64,000 nucleotides of DNA from an uncultured Holophaga sp. (GTDB lineage Bacteria; Acidobacteriota; Holophagae; Holophagales; Holophagaceae): NCBI GenBank assembly GCA_963664825.1, contig OY761614.1, positions 1,600,001 through 1,664,000 of the forward strand, given 5' to 3'. This document shows, one piece after another, positions 27,005 through 36,333 of the stretch. The first letter of the stretch is position 1; every line of letters begins with the position of its first letter. Under the pieces are notes generated by a model. It worked only from the letters and a program-made list of their open reading frames with translations, had not been told where the DNA came from and did no database searches. The translations under genes were made by a program, and so were the position numbers.

Positions 27005-28927
27005 TCAAGGTGTGCCTCGGAGTCTCTGGCTGAAAGCGGTGATCCGTCGGAAGAGCCCCTCGGGGCTGAGGCCCTCATCGTCCAGGATCCTTTTGGTATC
27101 CCCATGCTGCACGATCTTGTCCGGGACGGCACAGCACAGCCAGGGCTTCACCTGTTCGGCTCGGCCCAGGGCCTCGGCCACAGCGGCGCCGAATCCGCCG
27201 GGTCCGCAGCCTTCCTCCAGGGTCACCACGCCTCGAGTCTCCCGGGCCCAGTGGGCGATCAAGCCCTCGTCCAGGGGCTTCACAAAACGGGCATTGATGA
27301 CGGCACAGGAAAGGCCTTCCTCCCCTTGGAGTCGCTCGGCCAGGGCCTGGGCTGGGGCGACCATGCTGCCGAGGGCGACGATCAGGAGATCGCTGCCCTC
27401 CCGCAGTAGTTCGGCCTTTCCGATGGGCAGGGGCGTGATGGGATCCTCTAGGGAAACCCCCAGCCCGTTGCCGCGGGGGTAGCGCAAGGCCGCGGGCCCG
27501 TTGCAGTAGAGGGCCGTCAAGAGCATCCGCCGAAGTTCGTTCTCGTCCTTGGGGGCCATGAGGACCATATTGGGCATGCAGCGCAGGAAGGCCAAATCAT
27601 AGAGCCCGTGGTGAGTGGGGCCATCGGCGCCGACGATGCCGGCCCGGTCCAGGGCGAAGGTGACCGGCAGGTTCTGGAGGCATACATCATGGAGGACCTG
27701 ATCGAAGCCCCGCTGGAGGAAGGTGCTGTAGATGGCGCAGACCGGGCGCATGCCCTGCACTGCTAGCCCCGCCGCGAAGGTCACGGCGTGCTGTTCGGCG
27801 ATGCCCACATCGAAACAGCGTTCGGGGAAGGCCTTCTGTAGGAGATTGAGTCCCGTGCCATCGAGCATCGCCGCCGTGATGCCGACGATCTTGTCGTCCT
27901 GCCGAGCCAGATCCACCAGGGTGGAGCCGAAGACCTGCGTGTAACTGGGCGCAAGGGGCTTGGAGGGATCGGCCTTGATCATCTCCCCGGCTTCGGCGTC
28001 GAAGGCCGTCACGCCATGCCACTTCTTGGGGTCATTCTCCGCAGGCTTGTAGCCGTAGCCCTTCTGGGTCTGCACATGAAGGAGGACGGGGCCCTCCTTC
28101 ATGCGCTCCTGGGCCTCGGTGAGGGCCTTCAGGAGGGCGCCCATATCGTGGCCCTTCACGGGCCCCATGTAGCAGAACCCGAGATCCTCGAAGAGCAGGC
28201 CCGGTACCGCGATGCGCTTGAAGGACTCCTCGCTCCATTTGGCGGCCTTGGCCAGGCGCAGGCTCACGCTCTGGACGGGGATGGCCTTGATGGCCCCCTC
28301 GATGCGATCCCGCCAGCGCTTGTAATACTGGCCGGAGATCATCTGGTTGAGGTAGCCCTGGAGGGAACCCACATTGGGGTTGATGGCCATATCGTTGTCG
28401 TTGAGGATCACCATGAACTTCCGGGGTTCCAGGTAGCCGGTCTGGTTGAGGCCCTCGAAGGCCATGCCCGCCGTCATGGAACCGTCCCCGATGACGGCGA
28501 TGCTGGTGAAGTCCTGCTTCTGGAGATCCCGGGCCATGGCCATGCCCAGGGCCGCGGAGATGCTGGTGCTCGCGTGCCCGGCCCCGAAGTGGTCATAGGG
28601 ACTTTCCTCCCGCTTCAGGAAGCCGGAGAGCCCATCGTGCTGGCGCAGGGTGGGGAAGCGATCCTTGCGGCCAGTGAGAATCTTGTGGGGGTAGGACTGA
28701 TGGCCCACATCCCAGACGATCCGGTCCACCAGGAAATCGAAGTGATGGAAGAGGGCCACCGTGAGTTCGACGACGCCCAAGTTGGAGCTGAAATGCCCTC
28801 CGGTCTCGCTGACGGAATCGATGAGGAAGCCGCGTACTTCACTGGCGAGTTGCTCGAGCTGTCCAAGGGAGAAATGCCGAATCTGCTGAGGTGCGGTGAG
28901 GGAATCGAGAAGAGGATGGGAACTCAC
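27005..28927 (-). CDS. dxs: 1-deoxy-D-xylulose-5-phosphate synthase
   Basis: WDVGHQSYPHK, GAGHASTS, GDGSMTAG…NDN, DVGIAEQH, DRAG, DGPTH. Confidence 0.97.
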   Translation of the reverse strand: MSSHPLLDSLTAPQQIRHFSLGQLEQLASEVRGFLIDSVSETGGHFSSNLGVVELTVALFHHFDFLVDRIVWDVGHQSYPHKILTGRKDRFPTLRQHDGLSGFLKREESPYDHFGAGHASTSISAALGMAMARDLQKQDFTSIAVIGDGSMTAGMAFEGLNQTGYLEPRKFMVILNDNDMAINPNVGSLQGYLNQMISGQYYKRWRDRIEGAIKAIPVQSVSLRLAKAAKWSEESFKRIAVPGLLFEDLGFCYMGPVKGHDMGALLKALTEAQERMKEGPVLLHVQTQKGYGYKPAENDPKKWHGVTAFDAEAGEMIKADPSKPLAPSYTQVFGSTLVDLARQDDKIVGITAAMLDGTGLNLLQKAFPERCFDVGIAEQHAVTFAAGLAVQGMRPVCAIYSTFLQRGFDQVLHDVCLQNLPVTFALDRAGIVGADGPTHHGLYDLAFLRCMPNMVLMAPKDENELRRMLLTALYCNGPAALRYPRGNGLGVSLEDPITPLPIGKAELLREGSDLLIVALGSMVAPAQALAERLQGEEGLSCAVINARFVKPLDEGLIAHWARETRGVVTLEEGCGPGGFGAAVAEALGRAEQVKPWLCCAVPDKIVQHGDTKRILDDEGLSPEGLFRRITAFSQRLRGTP

Positions 28928-29829
28928 GCCCTGCGCTCCGCCAAGAATTGCGCCCAGGCCACCAGGGAACGCGGGTTTGGAAGGGACTGAAGCTGTTCGA
29001 TGGCCCGCTGCGTGGCCTCCTGGAGGGCCGCGCGGGCGCCGTCCAGGCCCAGCAGCAGAGGATAGGTGATTTTCCCCTTCCCTGCGTCCTTGCCCACGCG
29101 TTTGCCCATCTGCTCGGCGGTGCTGGTGGCATCCAGGATGTCATCCTGGATCTGGAAGGCGAGGCCCAGGGCGGCTCCCCCCTCCCTCAGCGTGCTCTGG
29201 TGCGCGGGGGTGGCTCCGGCGGCCGCCCCGCCCAATTCGAGGGAGGCCCGCAGAAGGGCGCCGGTCTTGAGGCGATGGATGAGTTGGAGGTGATCCAGGT
29301 CGTAGGGCTCTCCGTTCCGGGTCCGCTCCTCCCCCTCGAGATCAAGGGATTGGCCAGCCACCATGCCGCGCCAGCCGGCGGCTTCCGAGAGGAGGCGCGC
29401 CGCCAGAAGCCGCCGTTCGGCCGGGAGAGCCTCATCGCCGAGAAGGATGGCGAAGGCTTCCGTGAGCAGGCCATCCCCGGCCAGGATGGCCTGGCCTTCG
29501 CCGAAGGCCACGTGGCAGGTGGGTTTTCCGCGTCGCAGATCGTCATCGTCCATGGCGGGCAGATCGTCATGGATGAGGGAATAGGTGTGGATGTATTCCA
29601 GGGCTGTGGCGCAGGAAAGGGCGGTTTGGGGGGGGCAGCCGAGGGATTCGGCGGCCAGCATGCAGATTACCGGGCGGACGCGCTTGCCCCCCGCCTCCAG
29701 GCTATAGCGCATGGCTTCGCCGACCCGCGGCGCTTCTCCGGCGCGCAGTGAATCCAGGAGCCGTGTCTTCAGCAGGGGCACGAGACGATCCAGATCTTTT
29801 CGGACTTGGTCTGAGGAATCGAGGTTCAC
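28924..29829 (-). CDS. ispA: Farnesyl diphosphate synthase
   Basis: GGKRVRP, DDLPAMDDDDLRRG, FQIQDDILD. Confidence 0.95.
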   Translation of the reverse strand: MNLDSSDQVRKDLDRLVPLLKTRLLDSLRAGEAPRVGEAMRYSLEAGGKRVRPVICMLAAESLGCPPQTALSCATALEYIHTYSLIHDDLPAMDDDDLRRGKPTCHVAFGEGQAILAGDGLLTEAFAILLGDEALPAERRLLAARLLSEAAGWRGMVAGQSLDLEGEERTRNGEPYDLDHLQLIHRLKTGALLRASLELGGAAAGATPAHQSTLREGGAALGLAFQIQDDILDATSTAEQMGKRVGKDAGKGKITYPLLLGLDGARAALQEATQRAIEQLQSLPNPRSLVAWAQFLAERRA

Positions 29830-30065
29830 GGGTTGGGTCCCTCCAGGGGCTCCGCTCGGTATTCGCCACCCAGGCTCTGCTTCAGGACCTCCACCCTCCG
29901 GTGGGCGTCCGCGAGCTGCTGTTGGAGTTCCTTACTGAGTTGGATGCCTTCTTCGAAGCGCCTCAGCGCCTCTTCCAAGCAGAGACCGCCCCCCTCGAGC
30001 TGCTGGACGAGGGCTTCGAGACGGTCGAGGCCATCGTCGAAGGAAGGGGAAGTCGGTGTTGCCAT
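29826..30065 (-). CDS. xseB: Exodeoxyribonuclease VII small subunit
   Basis: SFDDGLDRLEALVQQLE..LCLEEALRRFEEG; xseB-ispA-dxs synteny. Confidence 0.92.
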   Translation of the reverse strand: MATPTSPSFDDGLDRLEALVQQLEGGGLCLEEALRRFEEGIQLSKELQQQLADAHRRVEVLKQSLGGEYRAEPLEGPNP

Positions 30066-30310
30066 GGGTCTCATTGTAGGTGAAAGGGCCTCCAGGGATC
30101 CCCTTTCCATGCAGGAATGGGCCTTTCCCTTTATTGTTGTGGGTGATGGTGAGGTCTCCCGCACGGAGTGCAGGGCGGTGAGGCCTGGGGCCAAAAGGAG
30201 TCTTGTTGCTTTTTTCATGTAACCATCCTGGGTCTACAGGATGAATCTCGCGCCTTGGAAGTGATGGCATCCCGATCATCCTGAAGTAGGCTTGTAAAAA
30301 AGGTGGAAGC

Positions 30311-31735
30311 ATGACCCGTGTGCTGGTGGTGGACGATAGCCGTGAGACCTGCGATCTCCTGGAGCTCCTGTTGAGCAAGGAAGAAGTGGGGATGGACCTG
30401 GAAGTCGTGAAGGCCACCCGCCCGGAAGAAGCCCTCGAACTGCTGCGGGGCGGCAACTTCGATCTGATGCTCTCCGATATCAACCTCGAGGCCAGCCTGG
30501 ATGGGGTGGATCTCTTGCGCGCCGCCAAGCCCCTGGGCGTCGAGACGATCCTGCTCACGGGCTTTGGCACCCTGGAAAAGGCCCTGGAGGCCGTTCGAGA
30601 GGGGGCCTTCGATTTTATCTCCAAGCCCTGGAACAACGAGGAACTCAAGACGCTCGTCAAGCGGGCGATCGTGCGCAAGGACGGGCATCGCGCCCCGGAG
30701 TCCGCGCCCCAGCTACCCCGCAGCGTGATGATCGGCTCGAGCCCCAAGATGATGGATGTCTACCGCACCATTGCTTCGCTGCAGAACAGCCGGACCACAG
30801 TCCTGATCGTGGGGGAGAGTGGCACAGGCAAGGAACTCGTGGCTCGCACCATCCACACCAGCAGTGATCGTCGGGATCATCCCTTTGTGGCCATCAATTG
30901 CGGCGCCATGACCGAGACGCTTCTGGAATCCGAACTCTTCGGTCATGCCAAGGGCTCGTTCACGGGGGCCATCAGTGACAAGAAGGGCCTCTTCGAGGAA
31001 GCCACCGGAGGCACCATCCTGCTCGACGAGATCGGTGAGACCTCCCCCAGCTTCCAGGTGCGCCTGCTGCGCGTGCTCCAGGAGCAGGAGGTCCGCCGGG
31101 TGGGCAGCAACAAGACCATCAAGGTGGATGTGCGCATTATCGCCGCCACGAATCGGGATCTGGCGGGGATGGTGAAGGCCGGCACCTTCCGGGAGGATCT
31201 CTACTATCGTCTGAGCGTGGTGGAGATCCGCGTTCCCCCCGTGCGCGAGCGTTGGTCCAGGGACGAGAACAGCGGCAAGATCATCTCGGATGTGCCCCTG
31301 CTGCTGAACCATTTCCTGACGGAGAGCAATCAGCGGGATTCCCAGAACTATTCGATCCGTGCCGATGCGCGGCAGATGCTCGAACGGTATAGCTGGCCGG
31401 GCAATGTTCGCGAAATGGCCAATGTCATCGAACACCTGACGCAATTGAGTCGGGGGCGCGAAATTACGCCGGAAGATTTCTCCGACAAGATCAAGGAGGA
31501 GCTGCGGGCCCACCCCGTGGAACTGCCCCACGCTCCTACGCCCCTCCTGGAACTCATTGAGGGCTGGGATCACCTACCCACCCTCGAGGAGCTGGAGCGC
31601 CGGTATATCCAGGTGCTTCTCAAACACCAACATAAGAAGAGCAGGATTGCGGAAATCCTCGGCAAGGACCGGACCACCCTCTACCGGAAATTGCGGGATC
31701 TGGGCTTGGGGGACGGGGCCGAGGAAGGGGTTTAA
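30311..31735 (+). CDS. NtrC/AtoC-family sigma54-dependent response regulator
   Basis: Receiver (VVDD, SDI, SKP), AAA+ (GESGTGKE, ELFGH..GSFTGA, LDEIG, WPGNVRE), Fis-type HTH (RTTLYRK). Confidence 0.95.
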   Translation: MTRVLVVDDSRETCDLLELLLSKEEVGMDLEVVKATRPEEALELLRGGNFDLMLSDINLEASLDGVDLLRAAKPLGVETILLTGFGTLEKALEAVREGAFDFISKPWNNEELKTLVKRAIVRKDGHRAPESAPQLPRSVMIGSSPKMMDVYRTIASLQNSRTTVLIVGESGTGKELVARTIHTSSDRRDHPFVAINCGAMTETLLESELFGHAKGSFTGAISDKKGLFEEATGGTILLDEIGETSPSFQVRLLRVLQEQEVRRVGSNKTIKVDVRIIAATNRDLAGMVKAGTFREDLYYRLSVVEIRVPPVRERWSRDENSGKIISDVPLLLNHFLTESNQRDSQNYSIRADARQMLERYSWPGNVREMANVIEHLTQLSRGREITPEDFSDKIKEELRAHPVELPHAPTPLLELIEGWDHLPTLEELERRYIQVLLKHQHKKSRIAEILGKDRTTLYRKLRDLGLGDGAEEGV

Positions 31736-31739
31736 GGTT

Positions 31740-31773
31740 TGTTGCGATTTGCATCCTGTGGCATTTTCCAACA
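31740..31773 (+). promoter_or_regulatory. Two tandem imperfect palindromes, candidate enhancer (UAS)
   Basis: TGTTGCGATTTGCATCC and TGTGGCATTTTCCAACA, both close to TGTTGC-N5-GCAACA, about 55-90 bp upstream of the sigma54 site. Confidence 0.55.
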
Positions 31774-31825
31774 GGAACTGGATCGGACCGGCCAAGCGAA
31801 GCTCTTCTTTTCCAATAAATACAAA

Positions 31826-31843
31826 TTGGCCCCAAACGTGCTA
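31826..31843 (+). promoter_or_regulatory. Sigma54 (-24/-12) promoter
   Basis: TTGGCCCCAAACGTGCTA gives GG(31828-9)-N10-GC(31840-1), preceded by an AT-rich tract. Confidence 0.72.
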
Positions 31844-31891
31844 CACCCAGACCGTCATCCGGCCGTGCCGGAATTCCAATAGGGAGAGTCC

Positions 31892-32860
31892 ATGAACAAG
31901 CTTGCCGCTCTGCTGGTGGCCGCTGCGCTGATCAGTCCTGCGTTCGCCCAGGAGAAGAAGGCTGAGCCTAAGAAGGCTGAGGCTACCAAGGTCGAGACCA
32001 AGAAGGTCGAGGCCAAGAAGACTGTCAAGAAGGCCGAGCCCAAAGCCGAAGAGAAGGCTGCTGAGCCCAAGGCCGAGAAGAAAGTCACCAAGAAGGCCAA
32101 GAAGGCCGTGAAGACCGAGGCCAAGGTCGAAGAGAAGAAGGCCCTGGGCCTGGAAGAGAAGAAGGCTGATAAGGCCCCCGTCAAGGCCGAGGACAAGAAG
32201 GCTGACGCCAAGCCTGAGAAGAAGGCCAAGAAGGCTAAGAAGGCAGCCAAGGTTGCCGAGCCCAAGGCTGAAGAGAAGAAGGCCATGAGCCTGGAAGACA
32301 AGAAGGCTGACAAGGCCCCCGTCAAGGCCGAGGACAAGAAGGCTGACGCCAAGGCCGAGAAGAAGGCCAAGAAGGCTGCCAAGAAGGCCGAGAAGAAGGC
32401 CGAGCCCAAGGCTGAAGAGAAGAAGGCCATGAGCCTGGAAGACAAGAAGGCTGACAAGGCCCCCGTCAAGGCCGAGGACAAGAAGGCTGACGCCAAGGCT
32501 GAGAAGAAGGCCAAGAAGGCTGCCAAGAAGGCCGAGAAGAAGGCCGAGCCCAAGGCTGAAGAGAAGAAGGCCCTGAGCCTCGAGGACAAGAAGGCTGAGC
32601 CCGCCGCTGCCGACAAGAAGGCTTGCGCCAAGGACTGCAAGAAAGAGTGCTGCACCAAGAAGGCTGCCAAGAAGGCCGAGAAGAAGGCCGAACCCAAGGC
32701 TGCTGAGAAGAAGGCCATGAGCCTCGAAGACAAGAAGGCTGAGAAGGCTCCTGTCAAGACCGACGACAAGACCGCTGAGCCCAAGGCCGAGAAGAAGGCC
32801 AAGAAGCATGCGAAGAAGGCCAAGAAGGCTGTTGAGCCTGCGACCGAAGCGGCGAAGTAA
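31892..32860 (+). CDS. Secreted Lys/Ala/Glu-rich repeat protein with a Cys cluster
   Basis: Signal peptide ending PAFA-Q, RBS GGGAGAG, strongly biased codons (AAG/GCC/GAG), downstream terminator. Confidence 0.88.
   Translation: MNKLAALLVAAALISPAFAQEKKAEPKKAEATKVETKKVEAKKTVKKAEPKAEEKAAEPKAEKKVTKKAKKAVKTEAKVEEKKALGLEEKKADKAPVKAEDKKADAKPEKKAKKAKKAAKVAEPKAEEKKAMSLEDKKADKAPVKAEDKKADAKAEKKAKKAAKKAEKKAEPKAEEKKAMSLEDKKADKAPVKAEDKKADAKAEKKAKKAAKKAEKKAEPKAEEKKALSLEDKKAEPAAADKKACAKDCKKECCTKKAAKKAEKKAEPKAAEKKAMSLEDKKAEKAPVKTDDKTAEPKAEKKAKKHAKKAKKAVEPATEAAK
32141..32790 (+). repeat. Intragenic tandem repeat, 141-144 bp (47-48 aa) period, five A[LM][SG]LE[DE]KK motifs
   Basis: Motif starts at 32141, 32282, 32426, 32570 and 32714. 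Confidence 0.9.
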
Positions 32861-32877
32861 GACACTTCCCCTTCAAA

Positions 32878-32911
32878 AAGAAGAGCGGGCCCGTGAGGGC
32901 CCGCTCTTCTT
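32878..32911. terminator. Probable bidirectional rho-independent terminator
   Basis: 15-bp perfect stem aagaagagcgggccc-gtga-gggcccgctcttctt between convergent genes. Confidence 0.88.
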
Positions 32912-33002
32912 GTACTGTCCGGGGGACCGGTTGCGTCAACACCCCCGGGCCCCCGCGCCCTCCCGCGGCAGAGCCTCAGGAGGGCTTGATCTTGGGCGAA
33001 GT

Positions 33003-34112
33003 CTACATAATTGTGTGCATCCAGTTGCGGGTATCGGGGGTGAGGCCGTACTGGATATCCAGGAGGGCGGCGCGGAGGCGGATGGAGACTTCACCGACCT
33101 TGTTGTCGTTGATGGTCCATGTGCCACGGCGGGACATGAGGCTGCCGATGGGGGAGATCACGGCAGCCGTGCCGCAGGCGAAGGCCTCCTTCAGGGCGCC
33201 CGTGCGATGGGCCTGTTCCACCTCGTCGATGGAGATGCGGCGTTCCGCCACCTCATAACCCAGTTCCTTGGCCACGGTGATGAGGCTATCGCGGGTCACC
33301 CCTTCCAGGATGCTGCCCGATTTCTCCGGCGTGGCGATGACCGTGCGGGAGCCTTCCTGGAGAACCAGGAATACGTTCATGCCGCCCAGCTCCTCCAGGT
33401 ATTTGCGTTCGACGGCATCCAGATAGAGGGCCTGGTCGCAGCCCCGCTGTTTGGCGAGCTTGCCGGGCAGGAGGCTGCAGGCATAGTTGCCTGCGCACTT
33501 GGCTCGGCCGGTGCCGCCGGGGGCGGCGCGGACGTATTCTTCCTCCACCCAGATGGTCACGGGCTTGATGCCACCTTGGAAGTAGGCACCGGCGGGACCG
33601 CCGATGATGATGAAGAGATATTCCTCTGCGGCCTTGACGCCCAGGAAGTCGCCCAACCCGATCATGAAGGGGCGGAAGTAGTAGCTCTGGTCATGGAGAC
33701 GTTCGCTATCGATGGCACCGGGGACCCACTCGCGGTCCGTCCGGCAGAGCAGATCGGCGGCTTCCACGAAGATATCCAGGGGCACTTCCGGCATGGCCAG
33801 GCGCAGGGCGGATTCGTTGAAACGCCGACCGTTGCTATGGGGGCGGAAGGACTTGACCCCTCCATCGGGCTGGCGATAGGCCTTGAAGCCCTCGAAGATG
33901 GCCTGTCCGTAGTGCAGCACATTGGCCGCCGGGCTGAGGGAGAGCGGGCCGTAGGGCTTGAGCTGGCCCTTCAGCCATCCCTCGCCCTCCCGGTAGGGCA
34001 CGACCACCATGTGCTCGGAGAGGACTTTGCCGAAGCCCAGGTTCTGCATCTTGGCCTTACGGTCGGCCTCGGGCAGCCGCGGGTCGGCCAACTGGATATC
34101 AAAAGGGATCAT
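33003..34112 (-). CDS. ilvE: Branched-chain amino acid aminotransferase
   Basis: LHYGQAIFEGFKAY, AKCAGNY, EELGGMN, ILEGVTR, FACGTAA. Confidence 0.94.
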   Translation of the reverse strand: MIPFDIQLADPRLPEADRKAKMQNLGFGKVLSEHMVVVPYREGEGWLKGQLKPYGPLSLSPAANVLHYGQAIFEGFKAYRQPDGGVKSFRPHSNGRRFNESALRLAMPEVPLDIFVEAADLLCRTDREWVPGAIDSERLHDQSYYFRPFMIGLGDFLGVKAAEEYLFIIIGGPAGAYFQGGIKPVTIWVEEEYVRAAPGGTGRAKCAGNYACSLLPGKLAKQRGCDQALYLDAVERKYLEELGGMNVFLVLQEGSRTVIATPEKSGSILEGVTRDSLITVAKELGYEVAERRISIDEVEQAHRTGALKEAFACGTAAVISPIGSLMSRRGTWTINDNKVGEVSIRLRAALLDIQYGLTPDTRNWMHTIM

Positions 34113-34125
34113 TGGAACTCCTTGG

Positions 34126-35604
34126 TCAAAGGGCAACGGAAGGGCGGACCCGAATCAGGCCGCCCAATCGTGCGATCGCCTCGCGGGTGACGCTAGGCGC
34201 ATGGGTGGAAAAATTAAGCCGAAAGCAGTTGGTGCCTCGGCCGTCGGCAAAAAAGAGAGGGCCGGGGGCGAAGCCCAGGCCCTGGGGAATGGCTTCCTTG
34301 AGGAGCTCCAGCGACGAGAGATCCTCCGGCAGAATGACCCAGAGATGCATTCCACCCTTGGGCTCGGTGATCTCGGTGTCCTGGGGAAAATGGGCGTGCA
34401 AGGCCTCCAGCATGGCATCCCGGCGCTCCCGCAGGGCGCGCCGAAGCCGCGTGACATGCCGCTTGAATCCGCCGCTCTCGATGAACTGGGCCACCGCCGC
34501 CTGGGACAGGATGGGCAGGGCGATGGTGTGGACCTCCTGCACGGGGGTGAGGCGCTGGAGCAGGGATTCCGGCGCGATCACGTAGCCCAGGCGCAGACCT
34601 GCGGCCAGGGACTTGGAGAAACTGCCCACATGGATCACATGATCGGCGCCGGGCAGCATGCGGAAGCTGGGGACGGGCTGTCCGGAGAATCGGAGATCGG
34701 CATAGGTGTCGTCCTCCAGCAGGGGTACCCCATGGGCGCGGGTGAGCGCCAGCACCCGTTCCCGCCGGGAGCGGCTGAGGGTCATGCCCGTGGGGTTGTG
34801 GAAGGTGGGCACCAGGATGATCAGCTTGGCATCCCCCTTCTGAAGGGCCGAAGCCAGGCGTTCCGGGTTCAGGCCGCTGGCATCCACCGGCACAGGAACG
34901 GCTTCGCGGCCCATGGCCCGCAAGAGGGCCAGGGTGCCCACATAGCAGGGGCTTTCCACCAGGACCCGGTCCCCGGGCACGGTCAAGGATTCCACCACCA
35001 GGGCCAAGCCGGACTGGGCGCCTGGGATGGCGCGCAGGCCCCATCCCGGTAGCAGAGGTTCTCCCTCCGAACTCAGCCAATCGGCAACAGCCTTTAGGTA
35101 GGCGGAATGCCCCGCTGGGGCGGAGTAGACCCAGGCTTCTGAGCCCAGTTCCTTCATGGTCCGGGTGTAGACCCGCCGCAGGGCGTCGCCGGGGAGGAGA
35201 TCGGAAGGCGGGAATCCCGCGGAAAAGCTGATGAGCTGGCGGTTCTGAGCCCTCTCTAGGGTCTCCCCCAGCCAAGGCCCCAGCTCGCCCTCGTGGACCC
35301 TCAGTGCCGAGCCCTCGAAGGGGAAGGCTTCCAGACCCCGCAGGGCCGGGGCCTGGGGGAGGTAGTCGGCCACGAAGGTCCCTCGACCCGTCACGGTCTG
35401 GACCCAACCCGTGCGCTTGAGCCCGGCCAGGGCCTTCAGGATGGTGAGGCGGTGCACTTGGAAGCGTTCCGCCAATTCCGGGACCGCGGGGAGCCGCAGG
35501 CCTGGCCGCCATTCACCATTCTGGATGAGGGCGCGCAGGTTCCGCTGCACCTGAAGGTACAGGGGGCTCGCGGCGCCGGGATTGAGGGGGACTTCAGGCT
35601 TCAT
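34126..35604 (-). CDS. MocR/GabR-family regulator (GntR HTH + PLP aminotransferase domain)
   Basis: PLYLQV…RLP…GRGTFV HTH; PTFHNPTG, EDDTY, GSFSKSLAAGLRLG. Confidence 0.93.
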   Translation of the reverse strand: MKPEVPLNPGAASPLYLQVQRNLRALIQNGEWRPGLRLPAVPELAERFQVHRLTILKALAGLKRTGWVQTVTGRGTFVADYLPQAPALRGLEAFPFEGSALRVHEGELGPWLGETLERAQNRQLISFSAGFPPSDLLPGDALRRVYTRTMKELGSEAWVYSAPAGHSAYLKAVADWLSSEGEPLLPGWGLRAIPGAQSGLALVVESLTVPGDRVLVESPCYVGTLALLRAMGREAVPVPVDASGLNPERLASALQKGDAKLIILVPTFHNPTGMTLSRSRRERVLALTRAHGVPLLEDDTYADLRFSGQPVPSFRMLPGADHVIHVGSFSKSLAAGLRLGYVIAPESLLQRLTPVQEVHTIALPILSQAAVAQFIESGGFKRHVTRLRRALRERRDAMLEALHAHFPQDTEITEPKGGMHLWVILPEDLSSLELLKEAIPQGLGFAPGPLFFADGRGTNCFRLNFSTHAPSVTREAIARLGGLIRVRPSVAL

Positions 35605-35733
35605 GACCCCTGAAGTTTGCGTTGATTCCCGGAAAAATTCAGTGATTCCGAGCCAAATAAATAGTCCAGTGCAGACCACCCTGGGGGATGGGGGAAGGAC
35701 CGGGGAATCCGTAGACCAGAACAGACCACTGGT

Positions 35734-36324
35734 TCAGATCAGGTCCAGCAGGGAGGCCACTTCGTTCCGAAGCTCCGGGATGCCCGTGCCCTTCAGGCTG
35801 CTGGCCCAGGCGATATCCCCCGGCAGGAGGCCCAGGGAGGCGGCCACGTCCCGGCGCTGAGCGAGCTGGCGGCTGGGCTTTACCTGATCGGCCTTGGTGG
35901 CCACGATGCGGCAGGGCAGTTCCGTATGGCGCAACCATTCGATCATCTGATGGTCCAGTTTGGTGGGCCCGATCTCCGCGTCCACCAGCACGAAGACCAT
36001 GCGCAGGTTGCGGCGCCCCGTGAGGTAGCCCTCGATCATGGCGCTCCAGGTGGCGTTCTCGGCCTTGGGGCCTCCCGCATATCCGTAGCCCGGCAGGTCC
36101 ACGACCCAACGATCCGGTCCCGTTAGGAACACATTGATGAGCCGCGTGCGCCCAGGGGTCTTGGAAACCCGCGCCAACTGGGTTTGCTTGGCCAGGGCAT
36201 TCAGCAGGGAGCTCTTGCCCACATTGGAGCGGCCCACAAAGGCCACTTCTGCGCGGCAGACTCCCAGCTGCTTCACATCGGAGGCGGAAGTGACGAATTT
36301 TAGGTCGTGGAGCTGTTGGGCCAT
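35734..36324 (-). CDS. engB: Ribosome biogenesis GTPase YihA/EngB
   Basis: GRSNVGKSS, SKTPGRT, DLPGYG, TKAD. Confidence 0.95.
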   Translation of the reverse strand: MAQQLHDLKFVTSASDVKQLGVCRAEVAFVGRSNVGKSSLLNALAKQTQLARVSKTPGRTRLINVFLTGPDRWVVDLPGYGYAGGPKAENATWSAMIEGYLTGRRNLRMVFVLVDAEIGPTKLDHQMIEWLRHTELPCRIVATKADQVKPSRQLAQRRDVAASLGLLPGDIAWASSLKGTGIPELRNEVASLLDLI

Positions 36325-36333
36325 GGGAATAGT

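Noticed and set aside
32141..32790. Periodic repeats as a possible CRISPR array
   Set aside because: In-frame coding repeats with no unique spacers, and no cas genes in the window.
31841..32865. Two long minus-strand Leu/Phe/Ala-rich ORFs that look like membrane proteins
   Set aside because: Mirror translations of the AAG/GCC/GAG repeats. The plus strand has the promoter, RBS, signal peptide and terminator.
32917..32986. GC-rich GGGGG/CCCCC stretch after the terminator as a REP element
   Set aside because: Pairing is weak and no second copy is visible in the window.
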